A DNA stretch of 64,000 nt, from positions 22,754,001 through 22,818,000 of the forward strand of contig JBHGNT010000003.1 in NCBI GenBank assembly GCA_043228905.1. Direction: 5' to 3'. The notes beneath the pieces are model-generated. The model worked only from the letters and a program-made list of their open reading frames with translations, was not told the origin of the DNA and did not search any database. Positions 26,224-38,794 of this stretch are shown here, piece by piece. This DNA is from Azolla caroliniana (lineage: Eukaryota; Plantae; Polypodiophyta). Every line of letters starts with the position of its first letter. Position 1 is the stretch's first letter. The position numbers and the translations under genes were made by a program.

Positions 26224-26231
26224 TGTTATGA
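22944..26231 (+). CDS. Copia Gag-Pol polyprotein (1095 aa), truncated in RT by a nested LTR
   Basis: Zn knuckle CFYCGKPGHFQKNC, protease WVVDSGAS, WHKRLCH..CTDC, integrase HTDVC / ADNGGEY / NGLAER, RT LLYVDD. No RNase H before the insertion at 26224. Confidence 0.95.
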   Translation: MEGGGSGPPGMMVLNSQNYADWKIKMEDLLIVRDLYEPIDNAEIPKGVIESEWKLLNRKAVATIRQYVDVSVLQHVANDTNAYEMWQKLSGLYERKNALTRTSLMRKIVNLKYRDDESMVEHVSTFMGFVNQLAAIKFPLDDAMQAIMLMCTLPESWENLVVTLSTSCKEENLSLLTVKTSILNEEARRRDKEPASDSKALLTESERGRQRNRSPQRREKSGTRSQSRGRPTCFYCGKPGHFQKNCRHFRKDNGTDGTDSKKSPDRNGAYRGATDRRGPDRRGQDRKGTTALAASEEEIMLITEERELNLAGEEMTWVVDSGASFHLTPEKKYFSSYTAGEHGCVRMGNEGTCRIAGIGDVWLMTSTGCKMLLKDVRHVPEVRLNLISAGRLDDEGYTGSIRNGVMKFSKGSLIVARARKVNTLYLMNAWLCPEELNVAADTAGELWHKRLCHMSEKGMKRLAGDNLIPVKHVHLEKCTDCLAGKQNRTSFHSRPPTRRSVPLELVHTDVCQVETKSHGGAQYFVTFIDDHSRKLWTAPLKTKDQVLCVFKELHARVEREFGKKLKAIRADNGGEYRGQFEEYCRSMGIRLEFTVPKTPELNGLAERMNRTIMERVRSMLAHAKLPKGFWAEAMSTATYVINKSPSVPLDGDTPQRVWTGREVSYRHLKVFGCLAYVHVAKDRRGKLDPKTRPCIFLGYGDDEFGYRVWDPVDKKIFRSRDIIFMEDKTFADWESEKKMKSSKSTGEDQLYEEQSRPARDRLALEDPAEDGEETEPAEEDETDTGTGPDPKMDSEEEEAEEPVTEAPERRYPLRERRAPRRFPEPEHVLLTDEGELESFEEAKLDTHSRRWLSAMQEEMDSLHENHTYELVELPKGKRALRNKWVFKLKPGDAENPPRYKARIVVKGFQQKKGVDYDEIFAPVVKMTSIRMVLSIAASMDLEVEQMDMKTAFLHGDLEEEIYMQQPEGFEKKGKEHLVCRLKKSLYGLKQAPRQWYRKFDSFMTNEGYHKTQSDHCVFVKKFEGGDFLILLLYVDDMLIIGRDQVKIRMLKKALHRTFSMKDLGPARQILGMHIIRDRKKKQLWLSQEKYMTKVL

Positions 26232-26629
26232 ACAGTGCTCGGCCACAACCGAGGAATAGGATCAACTCACAGAAATTGGGAAATACAAAGTGCACGAGGA
26301 CAGTAGAGAGAGAAGGTACACGGGGATTTTACATGGAAAACCCTAAATGGGAAAAACCACGGGAGTCCTCAAACTCCAACTATCACTATACACTGAGATG
26401 TACAATGGTGAAGCTACAAGGCAACAACCTTGAGCTCACTGTCTTCGCCACAAGCGGCGGTAATACACAGAGGCGTCGACCTCTTCCTTTCCTCTCTCTC
26501 TCTCTCTCTCGGCTGCTCTCACTTCGCTCTCTCGGCTGAAAACATAAAATGAGCAACAACGACAAACTGTTTGCCCTAAGTCATATTTATACACATATGA
26601 CTTTCGGGCTATTTACAAATATAGCCTCA
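26224..26629 (-). mobile_element. LTR of a sister copia element (element-3 family) in antisense orientation, running into the gap
   Basis: Reverse complement of ~22485-22912 (e.g. GGCCACAACCGAGGAATAGGATCAACTCACAG; ATATGACTTTCGGGCTATTTACAAATATAGCCTCA) with scattered substitutions. Confidence 0.93.
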
Positions 26630-26729
26630 NNNNNNNNNNNNNNNNNNNNNNNNNNNNNNNNNNNNNNNNNNNNNNNNNNNNNNNNNNNNNNNNNNNNNNN
26701 NNNNNNNNNNNNNNNNNNNNNNNNNNNNN
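26630..26729. other. Assembly gap (100 N, unknown true size)
   Basis: Run of N. Confidence 1.
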
Positions 26730-26759
26730 AAATTGATCAAAGCATAGTGGGGTTTGAAA

Positions 26760-29091
26760 ATGGAGAGATATTCTGATTTGAACACAAATGATGAACTTCT
26801 TGAGTTTTTACAACTCGAACAAGAGTTTGAATCCGAAGAGGCATTGAAAGAGACATCCCATGGCAATTCACTGTGTAACAACACTCGATGTCTAGAAGGA
26901 ATTAAAATTCAAGACACTGTGGGATCATGTGTAAAGGTTAGTACCAAATCCTTTCTTTTCATGTTTTATGTAGCATGAACTCTTAGATATTTGTTGTATC
27001 TATGCTTGATATAGTTTCTTTTTCAATGTTGTTACCTAGTTATTTATGACATATGGAGGCATCATTTTTTAAAAAAAATGTTTCTTTGTTATCAGACATT
27101 TTATCAGTCCTTATTTGGATGAAAATAAAAAATTTGCTTGTGTCATTGGTCAAATTTGGTCTCTTGAACACGTGAATATAACGTTTTCATTTTGTTTTTG
27201 ATTTCTCACATGCGCGACTTTCTTTATTATTCTGTTTACTTGAAAAGAAAAATCATTTTATTATAAGAAACATACCTAAAGAATCCATATGTTGTGTAAT
27301 TTTTTGTGGCATGATGGTGTGTGGAAAACCATGTGTAATGTAACAAAACTTCAGAGAGTTTAATTAGCATAATCTGCTTCTCTCCATCCCTCTCTCTTAT
27401 GATAGATCGTTCGAAAAGGAAAACAAAAGTTGAAGGACAGAGAAGAGCAAAGAAACTTACTTGCAATGAAGCTGAGGGAACCCAATGCAATGCATTGACG
27501 GTACTAGGTAGATTATTTTATGACATGTTCAAGTTCCATTTACTCAGGGAACAGCTCTACTGGGAAAAATCAATAGTAATATGAATAGAGAGAATGGTGG
27601 GGATTTGAACTAGAAGGCTCTTGATATTCATAAACAATCTTGAATGTTTTTTTGGCGAATTTTACCTAGTGGTGTCATATTAAATCAACAGAGAAAAGAA
27701 ATGCAACTTGTCTTTCACACACACGAGAAGTTTTTTTGCGAATTTTACCTAGTGGTAACCAAGATAGGCATATACGAGAAGAATAAGTGCATAGACCACA
27801 CGTAAGAAAATCACACACAAACTTTCTTGAAGGGAATCTTGTTTTCCAGTGAAGTATTTTACTCAAAACTAGATGAAAAGATTACTCAAAACTTGGAAGA
27901 ACCTGGGGATGGGAGAATGAAATCATATCAGATCAATATAGAGTTTTAGAAGGACAAATGTGGATTGATTGGCTATAACACTCGTGCCTTAGATTTTCTA
28001 ATATATGTGGGTGCCAGTTTTGTTCAGAAAATGCTCACAGACCTGAATTTGGAAATTATGTTGTGAATCATTCACTACCAACATCCATCTGATGTTGCTA
28101 TGCTTGTTGGTGTGAGTCCCTCAATGCAATGATATTATGTTCTCACAAACATGAACTATATGCTATTACTCACAAGAAGTAATTCGTCACGTATAATTTG
28201 AATGAATTCTTGCAAAATGAGCTTAATCCATGAAGAAGATGGGTGAAAACAATGGTAGGTTATGAGTCCCTGAGTGATAAATTTTTTGGTCATCAAAGCA
28301 TTATAAAGAAGTGGTACGATGTTTTAAATTAGATATGATTACTCTTCTATGAATCTTAATTCATATTAATTATGTATTCTCTCCTTTATGATTAGGTAAT
28401 GGAGGACCACAGGAATGACTATAAAAAGATAGCGAGTGGCATTCATGATTCTGCTTCTAGAAGTAGAGTTTTGCGATCTTCATATCTCTGTAAGGAACAA
28501 GGATATCCTACTCTTGTTTCGCATCAGAAATCGATTTCCAAACTCAGACATGGATTGAGAGGTGATATATCGGATGGTGTACGTACAAATTTAGTTGCAA
28601 ACAATAAAGCCATGAAGCATGGACCATCAACGCCATTGACTGTGAGGCAATCAAGATCAAACTTCTCTGTCCCGCAACCGTTTAATCTCTACACAGAAAA
28701 GCGGACCTTGGCCGGATATGCACGTGCGGATGGTAGATATGGCCAACAAATACAAGAGTCTCAATTAAATGTGTGTGGTGATCAATCTTCAGAAACTTAT
28801 GTAAATCTTCTGACAATAGAATTAATGAAAAGTATAACTTGAATCAGATTTGGAAAGTTTTCTAAATGTTATGATTGCTCAATTGTTGGCTTTGTAACAG
28901 GTTTCTAGGAATTTCAACACAAATTTATCTATGGCAAAGTCAGAGGCTAGCACGTAAGTGCCCATGAGTGAGTAAATACTTGGCTTGCATCTCATTATTT
29001 GGTAAGCTTTTACATAGATGGGTATCTATTTTAATATAGGAATTTCTAGGACATTTTGTCTTTATGTTTTTTATTTGAAATTCTCGAGACC

Positions 29092-29124
<33 letters not shown>

Positions 29125-30875
29125 CCCTGATGTTCTACTAGACTTCTAAAATGAAATAATACGGGACACTGCAGTTGAAGCTTCTCCCATTTGCTTGTGA
29201 TATTGTCAATTCTATTAAATATTATAGTTTATATTTATCATTTTCTTTCTTATTATTTCACACCACACAAACAAACATTAGTTTTTTGTTCTTATCCTAT
29301 GTAGACATTTCATCCTATTGCAGATATCAGATACTGAAGCAATTTTCATTTTGTGGAGACACCGAACATGAAGATGATGATATTGTCTCAGTTTCATCGA
29401 TGTATCCTTCAAATATATTTTGGTATCTTTTCTTAGCTGCTAATCATATAGAAGTTGGATTCTTATATAAAATATTTACCTTGTGTAGGCAATCCAGACA
29501 GAGCTCCATTACACACAAAGCAAAAGCTTCAAAGTTTACAAGTACAAATGGATTCAAGTTCCAATCTGATGCGCGAGCTGAGAAAAGAAAAGAGGTGCAC
29601 ATATATTAAGTACTCACTTGTTCAACAGTTATTCATACTGTAAAAGGTCTCAACTTGAACTAAACGGGATTGTGGTCGTTACACAGTTCTACTCAAAACT
29701 ACAAGAAAAGGTCAGCTTAAAGGAAAAGGAGAAAACACAAATGCAAGCTAAGATAAAGGTTTTTCTCTGTCTTTTTTATGTATCAAATATTAAATATTTT
29801 TATATCTATATTGTGTTCCAAATTTTATCTATCTTGAGGTCTTCAGATATTTTTTGAGTGTCATAATTTATCAATCAATCTATCATTTGGCATTTATCTT
29901 TATATGTCTATTTATCTGATCTTTTGTATATCAAATTGATCTCTATCTATCAACAACTTCAAGAAAAAAAAGATTGCTAATAATTAGTTTTCCTGTTATG
30001 AGTTTTGGGTACAGAAGGAGGATGAAGAAGAACTAAAACAGTTGCGAAGGAGTCTTACATTTAAGGCATCTCCAATGCCGAGCTTTTATCATGAGGGAAC
30101 AAAAACTCCGAAACTCCATCGTCCAAAGGTAACCACATTTATCTCTCTGTTACTTTCTCACTCATATGAATGATTCTCATTGGTGACATTCATCCAAACC
30201 TTGGAGACTCACGTGCCAGACTGATTTTATAGACTACAAATGAAAGAACTTGAGTTCTAAGTTATATTAGTCTTAAATAAACCATAATATCAGGATAAAA
30301 GAAGAGAGAAATCTAGTGGAATAGATTTAAATCTTATAATATGTTTCAATGGTAATTGGACTCAAATTAATCTTTTGATAGAAATTAGAAAATTTCAAAC
30401 ATGAAGCTATTAAAAATGTTCTGGGGATGCGGGTTCTACTGCTTGTGTACAGATTCCAACAACACAAGCTAGATCACCAAAAATTTCTACACGACACAGC
30501 TATTCTGGAGTCCAAAGTGGGCTGTACAATGCTATTGGGCTTTGTGAAATAGAAGAGAGTGCAAGTAAGAATGTAACATATAACCCAAACAAAGTGTGGA
30601 ATCATCAATCTTTGTTAACACGTAAATCTCCATCAATTACTAACACCTCAAAGATGCTAAGTTCACAAACTGGTCGGCTGTCTAGTTTAGTATTGGATGA
30701 TATAAGAGTTAAAGAGAGAGACCCATTAACTACTACTATTAGTCCATTGATTGTTTCATCTGATCTTTTCATTCGCAATGAAGAAGAACATATTGCTCAT
30801 GTGCATATGGGGGTGACAAACTTTTCTCAACATGATGAAGCCAAGCATCCAAAAGTGAACAGTTTGGAAAGATAA
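26760..30875 (+). CDS. WDL: WAVE-DAMPENED2-like (TPX2 C-terminal domain) microtubule-associated protein. Exons ~26760-26936, 27406-27500, 28396-28800, 28901-28953, 29324-29401, 29489-29594, 29687-29758, 30015-30128, 30453-30875; 5' exons uncertain
   Basis: SVPQPFNLYTEKR, FKFQSDARAEKRKE | FYSKLQEK (KLEEK variant) | QLRRSLTFKASPMPSFY | IPTTQARSPK. Splice phases are consistent from 27406 onward. The first two predicted exons do not match in phase, so an exon may be missing. Confidence 0.88.
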
Positions 30876-33780
30876 TGGCAGTGCTTCCTCGACAAGGCAC
30901 AGTAGTCAAAATCAACATAGAAATGAAGTGAAGATTCATGGTGATGCCAATGAAAGGATAATGTTTGCCAAATGCAAACAAGATGAAAAAATGAGATGGT
31001 AAAATTCAATGCTTGGGTCGTGGATCGGTAACATGAAGAGAGGTGAGGCGTATGAAAATGGAGCAAATAGAAGACATTTGGCTCCATGCTTTAGTAGATC
31101 CTAGAGCATGAGTTACACACCCATGTAATTAGAATGCTACAGTAGAACTTGAAAATAGAAAACTACAATAGAAATTCAAGTTGCAAATTCATAAAGGGTG
31201 GAGGATGGCCAATTTTCAGCTTATTTCCCTAACCCATAATTCCTGATTTAACCCACTTGATCCCTAAACACCATATTTTTGTTCATATGTCAAATAATTA
31301 TTGGCTTGTAAATGTAAACACTAATTTGTTCATTTAACCCCAAATCCTAATTTGGTTTTTTAATCCACCTTTAACCTTTAATTTTGTCACCAAACATAGG
31401 AATTGGCAACAGTTTGGTTTGACCCAAACTAAACTTCAAAACTGTGGCCAAACAACTTAATTAGCTTGGTTTGGTTTTGGTTTAGAAATTTGTAAATGGT
31501 TCAGTTTGGCTTGGGGTTTCAAGAGTTTGATTTGGTTTGGCTTGGTTTGAAACATTATTGGCCTAGCAATTTGCAGTTCATTCGGCTTCAAATTGTGGCT
31601 TAAATGGCTTAGTGATTATGGCGACATTTTTGAAATGTTTATTATATATATAAATTATGTAATATATGCCATGAAACTTTATCTTTTAACCCAAATAATT
31701 CTTCTAAGTTTTAGTTTCCAAATAATAACTCTTTTAACAATTTGGTTCAAGCTGAAATCGAACTGCAAAACGTGGCTTAATGACTTAACAGTGTTTGGAT
31801 CGCTTGAACTGTTTGGTTTGAGATTTAAAATCCCCTTAGGTTTTGTTTTAATGTTTCACAGTTTGGTTTTAAGTGAAAAGCCATGAAATTTAATGGTTGT
31901 AGATTTTAAGCCTAAACATCGATAGATTTAAAACTTGAAACTAAAAGATTGTAAACTCAACATCACCTTAATTCAATTCCCTTTGTTGATCCCTAAAGTT
32001 TGTTCCAAATGATTACTCACTTAAAAGTAATTCACATCTTGGTTCTTTTTGAATTACAGAATTGAAGAAAAAAATGCAAATGAACTATTATAACAATCCT
32101 GGTCTTTTATTGATCTGAGTATTTATACTCCGGAGCAAATGTAAAGAGATCTAAACACGCTGTTTTAGGAATCCTCATCCGCCTTCAGTGATTTCTACTA
32201 TCAAGAAATGTAAAATAAAAAGGTATTATTACAATCTCGCTCTTATTTTGGTGATTTGTATCAGAGTTATTAGTAATTACATTATTATTAATAATAAGAT
32301 ATTATCACTTATTAAATTGCAAATGGTACAAACCTGTGACGAATTTCAGAAAAGCATGTGCTGTAATTTGTGAGTGCATTTAACAATGATTTTTTTGTCA
32401 TGGGAGATGAAGCAAATAACAATTGTTTTCTCTTTTAACGTTTTTCTGTTTTCATTGTGGAAATATTGACCCCTTCATGATGCTTGGAATCTTTTAAATT
32501 GGAAGTCCAAATTGTACACATTGATTTTTCTTCCTCCTAGACATGATTCTCGTTTGTCTTTTTAATGGTTATATGATATATCATATTTGTGGAAACGTTC
32601 ATGTCAACCAAACAAAATACATGGATGTGGAGACCATGGCCATTTCGAAAACGTCTTTCTTCATTTTATAGTCGAGACAATGTTTCTAGCCTAGGTCTTG
32701 CAAGAGAGCTATGATGCCTATTTTTGTTTGATACTTTTGTGGGTACATTTCATATATGTAGCTACTACAAATGTCTGCATGCAAAAATCCAACCAACCAG
32801 TTATTTGTTTTGTTTTTTAAGGTTGTATGTATTATATAAATCTAGATGACATTATCAGTACTTATATTCAAGTTTGCATTTTTGGATCTCTAATACTTCC
32901 ACCAAGTCGATATCATGCAAGGAAAAGATTACTCCATATTGTGTGCCAATGATGTGCTTGACAACCAAACTATACATACCATCTCAAAAATTCGAGAATG
33001 GCATTGATTGCGAGATAGATGCATGTGTGGGTGGGGTGTGATGATCATGATAGAAAAGCATTAGCAAGGGCCTACCTATCACATATTTACAAATCCCCAT
33101 CAAGTAATATTCCATAAATAATAGCCCAAATTAAAACATCCTATAAACATTATTATCAAGAGAATTAAGAGAATTAAGTTGAATGGAAGGAGTTTGGTTT
33201 TTGGGGTAAAAAAAGGATAATTAAGTTGGAACGTATTTTTAATTGTGTTTTATGGTCAGTGCGCACATAAGACATGATATAAAAGACAAAACCAAAGGTT
33301 TTGTAAACCCAGTAGATCAATAACTAATCATTTGAGGCTGATTCATGTGTTGATCTGAACCAAGAAAATCAATCATAATTCTACTTAATATCAATTGTAA
33401 CTCTATATACTATAAATTATCTAAATCACAATGGATTGAAATCTATATAAATTACATATATATGGCCCAAGGATATTTGTAAAGCCATTGTACAACGCTT
33501 CGCAAGAGCAAGGCCAAATTTATGGATAATTTTAGCCCAACACAATTGGATAACCATTTTATATTATACATGCAAAATAATGTATTTGTGAGATGAATCC
33601 ACCAACAACATTATTGTCTTAAAAGTATTGAAGTAACTGAAGAATCGAAAAGAGTGGAAAGTAATCTTATTTATGTACAAAGAAAGAGCAGAAATATGCA
33701 AAAGAAAGGTAAGAAACAGGGTCCAATAAAGAATCCATAATGATATGATATGATGAAATCGATTGATATCTCTCTCTATA

Positions 33781-33816
<36 letters not shown>

Positions 33817-34449
33817 TAGAATTAGGAGAAGAAGAAAACCATGTAGTGGGCTACTTTGAAGCATGTACAAGAGAAGGAAAGGAAGAAGAGAGAATAGAGA
33901 AGAGACTTCACGTCCATTTTGGAGAGAGAGAGAGACAGAGAAAGTGTTAATTTCTTCTCTTTCTTTTGAGCTATGGCTATGGAGATAACCCCCTGCTCTT
34001 CTTCTTCTTCTCTTCTCTTCTCTTCTCCTTTCCTTCTTCTCCTTCTTCATCCACAAGTATTTATAATAATAAGAATAACAATGGGTTTTCATAGTATTTC
34101 TTCTTCTTCAATTATTGGGGGATGCTTAATAATAATACATAGTCATTGATTTGGGGGTGGGGTCTTTGTGAAAACCTGGACAAATCTTGTGTGTGGATGG
34201 ATACCTGGCCTTTGAGAACACGAACTTTTCTCTTTCTCGTCCGACCATATCTTAACTTATCCGCCTCCGGCCCCAAAATGCCGAAAACGTATAAAGATAC
34301 ACGCGTGCATTGGTCGGCTAATGCCAAAGATATATTGTGGCACAAACGTGCATTGGTCGGCTAAAACCTACTTAATGCACAAGCTTGCCTTTCCGAGCCG
34401 ACTTTTGCCCTTCTATGAACTCGGACAATAGTTTTATGGCAATTCCTTA

Positions 34450-36150
34450 TTCATTCATAAACTCTTACCTTTTACTGAAATTTTATATACGCTTGTAAAA
34501 GAATGGGTTCACAAAGCATATCTGGAAGAGGAAAAACAAGTGTTTGTTTGTTGTGCATGGCCTTTCCCCATCTTTGAGGAGACTTGACCAACCTTGTCTT
34601 CACATTTTTGGCATAGTAGACTTCGAGATGGACAAACGACTCCCCAAACACGTAAGAATCATCCCACTTGGGCTCCAGGAGGGTGGATTTGCCTGATCCT
34701 TTAAAACAAAAGAATGATTCCACATCCCTATCCATGAATGGTTCCACATTCCAATCCTTCCCTAGTTGTTCTCATCTCCTTATCCAATAATTGCTATTAT
34801 TATGGCACAATACACATCAACCTTCCAAATTTGGGAGGTTTTTGGGTCAAAGGCGGACCTTAATAATTGGTTGAGTTTGCTTTTTCCATGGATGAGATTG
34901 TAGGAAACTATGGTATAACACCACATTTTGTTATAGGAGTTTCGTATAAAATAGCAACACATGATCTCAAGTTTTGATTGGTGGAAATTGTGGATCACCA
35001 AACAATGGGTAGATCACTCAACATGGTAACCACTTGCACCCCCTAGAAGGGCTTGTGTCCTTGGTCTATGATGATGCTTAACATTTTACTTATCTTTGTA
35101 TACGACCAACCTCTTGGTCATGTAAATATAAAACCCATTTGCAAATTCTAATATGAGAATTGCACTTCCCGCCCAAAAAACTACGACAATCCGTTTGGGT
35201 TGCAACATCAATGTTGTGGGGATTTTACATTATTGTAAGAATTAATTTATTATCCAAGAAAACAATTGTGTTTATTGATGTAACATTTGATTAAATCTAT
35301 CTTTTCCGAAACAAAATGATTTGTAGTAAAAGTATTATGGTGCAAACACAATATCTTTGTCTTAATTGGTGAATGAATTTAAAAGTTCTTAAACTCATTA
35401 ACGTTCCCAAAATTCCTACTTGCTATGGAGGTACTAAAATATATGGTGTCTATTAAGTAACATGACCTTGCAAGGATATGGCAACTATGCCAATGTGGAA
35501 ATTAATGGTAGATTATATGTGACCGCTTACATTCCTAGCAAAACAACATTTGTTGTAAATTCTATCATCAATAATGTAGGACCAAGTAGGAATTGGATAA
35601 AAGCAATCCTAATCCACAATTAGGATTGGTGGGGTACCTAAAGCCACAAAGAAATACCATCGACATCACATGGAAAGTGATCATACTAATCTGAAGACGA
35701 ATAGCAACAATGTTGGATTTTGATACCTTGAAGAAGAATAGGCTTGTCAACTCTCTCATGAAGAGGGCTACAAAGCTGAAAAACAAGTCTTGCATCATAT
35801 ATTCAAGGTTATGACAAGCTTGCAATGCATTTTGCAAAAAGATAAGGGGAATATAAAAAGGAAAACATGGGCATTGAGTAGTATATGTAAAAAATGTGTA
35901 TTGGTTCATCAATTGTCTCTAACCAATAGGCCTTGCAACATTAATCAACATGAAAAAAAAAATTGGAACTTTGAGAAGGACTTTTGATGGCATCATAGAA
36001 GAAGCAAAACTCAAGAGAACGTCACAGTCAAGAATGACCCCTTGAAACAGTCGAGAACCATGACTAGTCAAAACCTCCTCAAAGGTAGAGATTGTCGTTT
36101 CCATTTGTCTCTACATCATCCCCTTCCATGATCCTAGTCATGGGCATAAA
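34450..36150 (-). mobile_element. Possible very degenerate LINE RT relic
   Basis: Weak RT-like fragments on the minus strand (RLFQG..., DxxLF-like) with many stops. Confidence 0.25.
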
Positions 36151-36534
36151 CAATTGAATAGGAACATTTGTTGATGGAAATAATGTCATAATCTGTAGTT
36201 ATAATAACCTATGAGGCTTAGTGTTTCCAATCTAAAATAGTGTTGATGGCCAAATGTATGTAACAAACATTGGCATGTTCTAATTTTGGGATGCTACTAT
36301 TTATTAAGTAAGAATGGTTAATGGCATATAGGTTTGTTACATAAAAGGAACCCTTTAGGGTTTCCAAATTGTATAAGAGGCAACACTCTCGTGTAAAAAA
36401 GGTCTCTTGGTGCCATCTACGTTTTGGTTCTCATTCTCTCCCTTTTGCCTCCACTAAGAGCCACTTTTCTCCATACACTTGCCTCCATATAGCTTTTTCA
36501 AACTAATTAATTCATGAAATACATGCATCTTACT

Positions 36535-36688
36535 TAGTAATTATCTACTTAACTAAGACACCTCCTATTTTTTTATGTAGTAATTATCTACTTAATTAAG
36601 ACACATCCTATTTTTTTATGTAGTATATATCTACTTAATTGAGACACCTCCTATTTTAATTGTGTAGTAATTATCTATTTAATTAAGG
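36535..36688. repeat. ~43-bp tandem repeat (~3.5 copies)
   Basis: TAGTAATTATCTACTTAATTAAGACACCTCCTATTTTTTTATG units. Confidence 0.9.
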
Positions 36689-37039
36689 TTAACATATTTT
36701 TTAATTAGTGTCATATGCATCAAACAATGCTTAAAATCAATGCATCAAACCAAAGAACTCCATCCTTTCGAAGTTGTGAAAAAACATGAAAACAATTACT
36801 ATTCATTAGTACAAGTATTTATCATAAATGTACAAAAGATGCTTGGCGTCGATATACGATAAACACAAAGCATTAGTTGTTATAGGCATAACAAACCACA
36901 CCAATTATATAGTTAATTTTAATCAGTTAAGGGTAAGATGGTTGGGAAACTAATTGTCCTATGAACTAGGACAAACTCATAAGGACCTATGCTACATGGT
37001 AAGTTTGGGAGCCTTAAGTGCTAGGCTCTATATTATGAC

Positions 37040-37180
37040 ATATTGACACATTGTCAAGAGTTTATTGGTGAGGAACCAAAGTTCTCTTCTTTAGATATGT
37101 TATTGAATACAAGGTATATTGACACATTATCAAGAATTTATTGGTGAGGAACCAAAGTTCTTTTCTTTGGATATGTTATT
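37040..37180. repeat. ~65-bp direct duplication
   Basis: ATATTGACACATT(G/A)TCAAGA(G/A)TTTATTGGTGAGGAACCAAAGTTC... occurs twice. Confidence 0.9.
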
Positions 37181-38794
37181 TTGTGGTATGGGAAACCGAT
37201 GGTATTTTATGTTTGTCTCATGCCCTTCGGTCGAGGTGGTCAATGTGGTTTAGCACCCATGATCCATTTTTTCCCTTAATCTTGTATTATTTATCCCATC
37301 ATTAGTTTGATTCGTATATTAATTTGTCACATCCAAAATACCAATTGTTGATCATGGCATTTATCCTAATATGTATATAGTTGGTTCTAGTTCAAAGTGG
37401 AAGCTTCCATATCCTCCAAAGTTGGTTGCAGAAGCTCTAACATTGCATTTCATTGTGACCCTTATGCGAGGGGAAATTCATTTGAGTTGTTCACTTTGTA
37501 CCCATCTCAAGTTCTTGGTCTAGGGAGATTGGGAATCTTGATTGGTTCTTACTTTCTTTTCGTATGAGGTATCATCAATAAGGCAAAATCATTTTTTCAC
37601 AGAAAACTTTCATTGGTATACTTAGTTAAAGGGGGAAACATTTTCACTTTAGAAGTACGTCAATGCAGCAAAAGTAATCAACATCTTGCAGTGTTAGAGG
37701 TCCTTTTTTTTTGCCAACAATGGTTTATATTATGTCTAAAGTTATTAAATTACATGATACTTCAACACAGATTTTTACCTTTTCAACTACTTTAAGTCTG
37801 CCACACCCACAACAGATATCTCCCAAACCATTACCAAGACCAATTGTACATGGCCACCAGCCTCATGTCGGTGGAGGAAATACCTAGAGAGGTGGTTGAT
37901 ACCTCCAACGTATACAACCATTAACCATGTAGGAGACAAATTTCATCCTTTCCCATCTCTTCTTAAAACGTTAGAGATCATTTTGCATTGACTTTCTTTT
38001 TATTATAACATAAATTAGATTCTTTTCAAATTTCATTGTTAGGTGTGAAAATATTTGGATGTGAACACAAAGTCCAATTCAATTTAAATATAAAATTTGT
38101 TCTTTGGATAAAATATTGATGATATATATAAGATCCAATACAAACATAGAAAACAAAGGAGGAATCCACATATAGAATGTTTTGAGGAAAAACATGTTTT
38201 CTTTACTAATAGTGATGTTTAAAATTTGAATGATTAAAAGCTTTATCCCATCACCATGTACACATACGTGACTGAGGTTATTATGATTTCTTTTCTTAAG
38301 TTGTGTGTCCCCTATTATCTCAAACACAACTTACAAAAGCAGGTAATAAGATGGTGACCCTCCATTTAAGCCCTTGTCGATATACACCATTTTATTTGTA
38401 GATATACGTCATCTGATTTTTCACATTGTACATTTTCGATATTTTAATATTTTGCAATGGCAACAACATTTCATATACACGAGTAGGAAAACATGCACTT
38501 TCCCAAGCCTATCATCTCCTATTAGTGTTTAAAATTTATCTACCCTCTTGAGATTCGATACATGAATGATTGGGACATCAAAATAAGGCATTCCCAAAAT
38601 GATGGTATTGGAGATATACAAATATATATATATATATACACACACACATATACATGTAACCTGTTAGTTTGACCCCAATGTGGTGATGTGTTTGTGGGGG
38701 AAGCCAAATAAATGTGAAAACTGGTAATTAATATCTAAGGATGTTGTCAGAACTTGACACTACATGCCAACAACCTCTAGGTGCCTACGAGGAA

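Noticed and set aside
22989-26539. Many antisense and alternative-frame ORFs in element 3
   Set aside because: By-products of a GC-rich gag-pol with no independent motifs.
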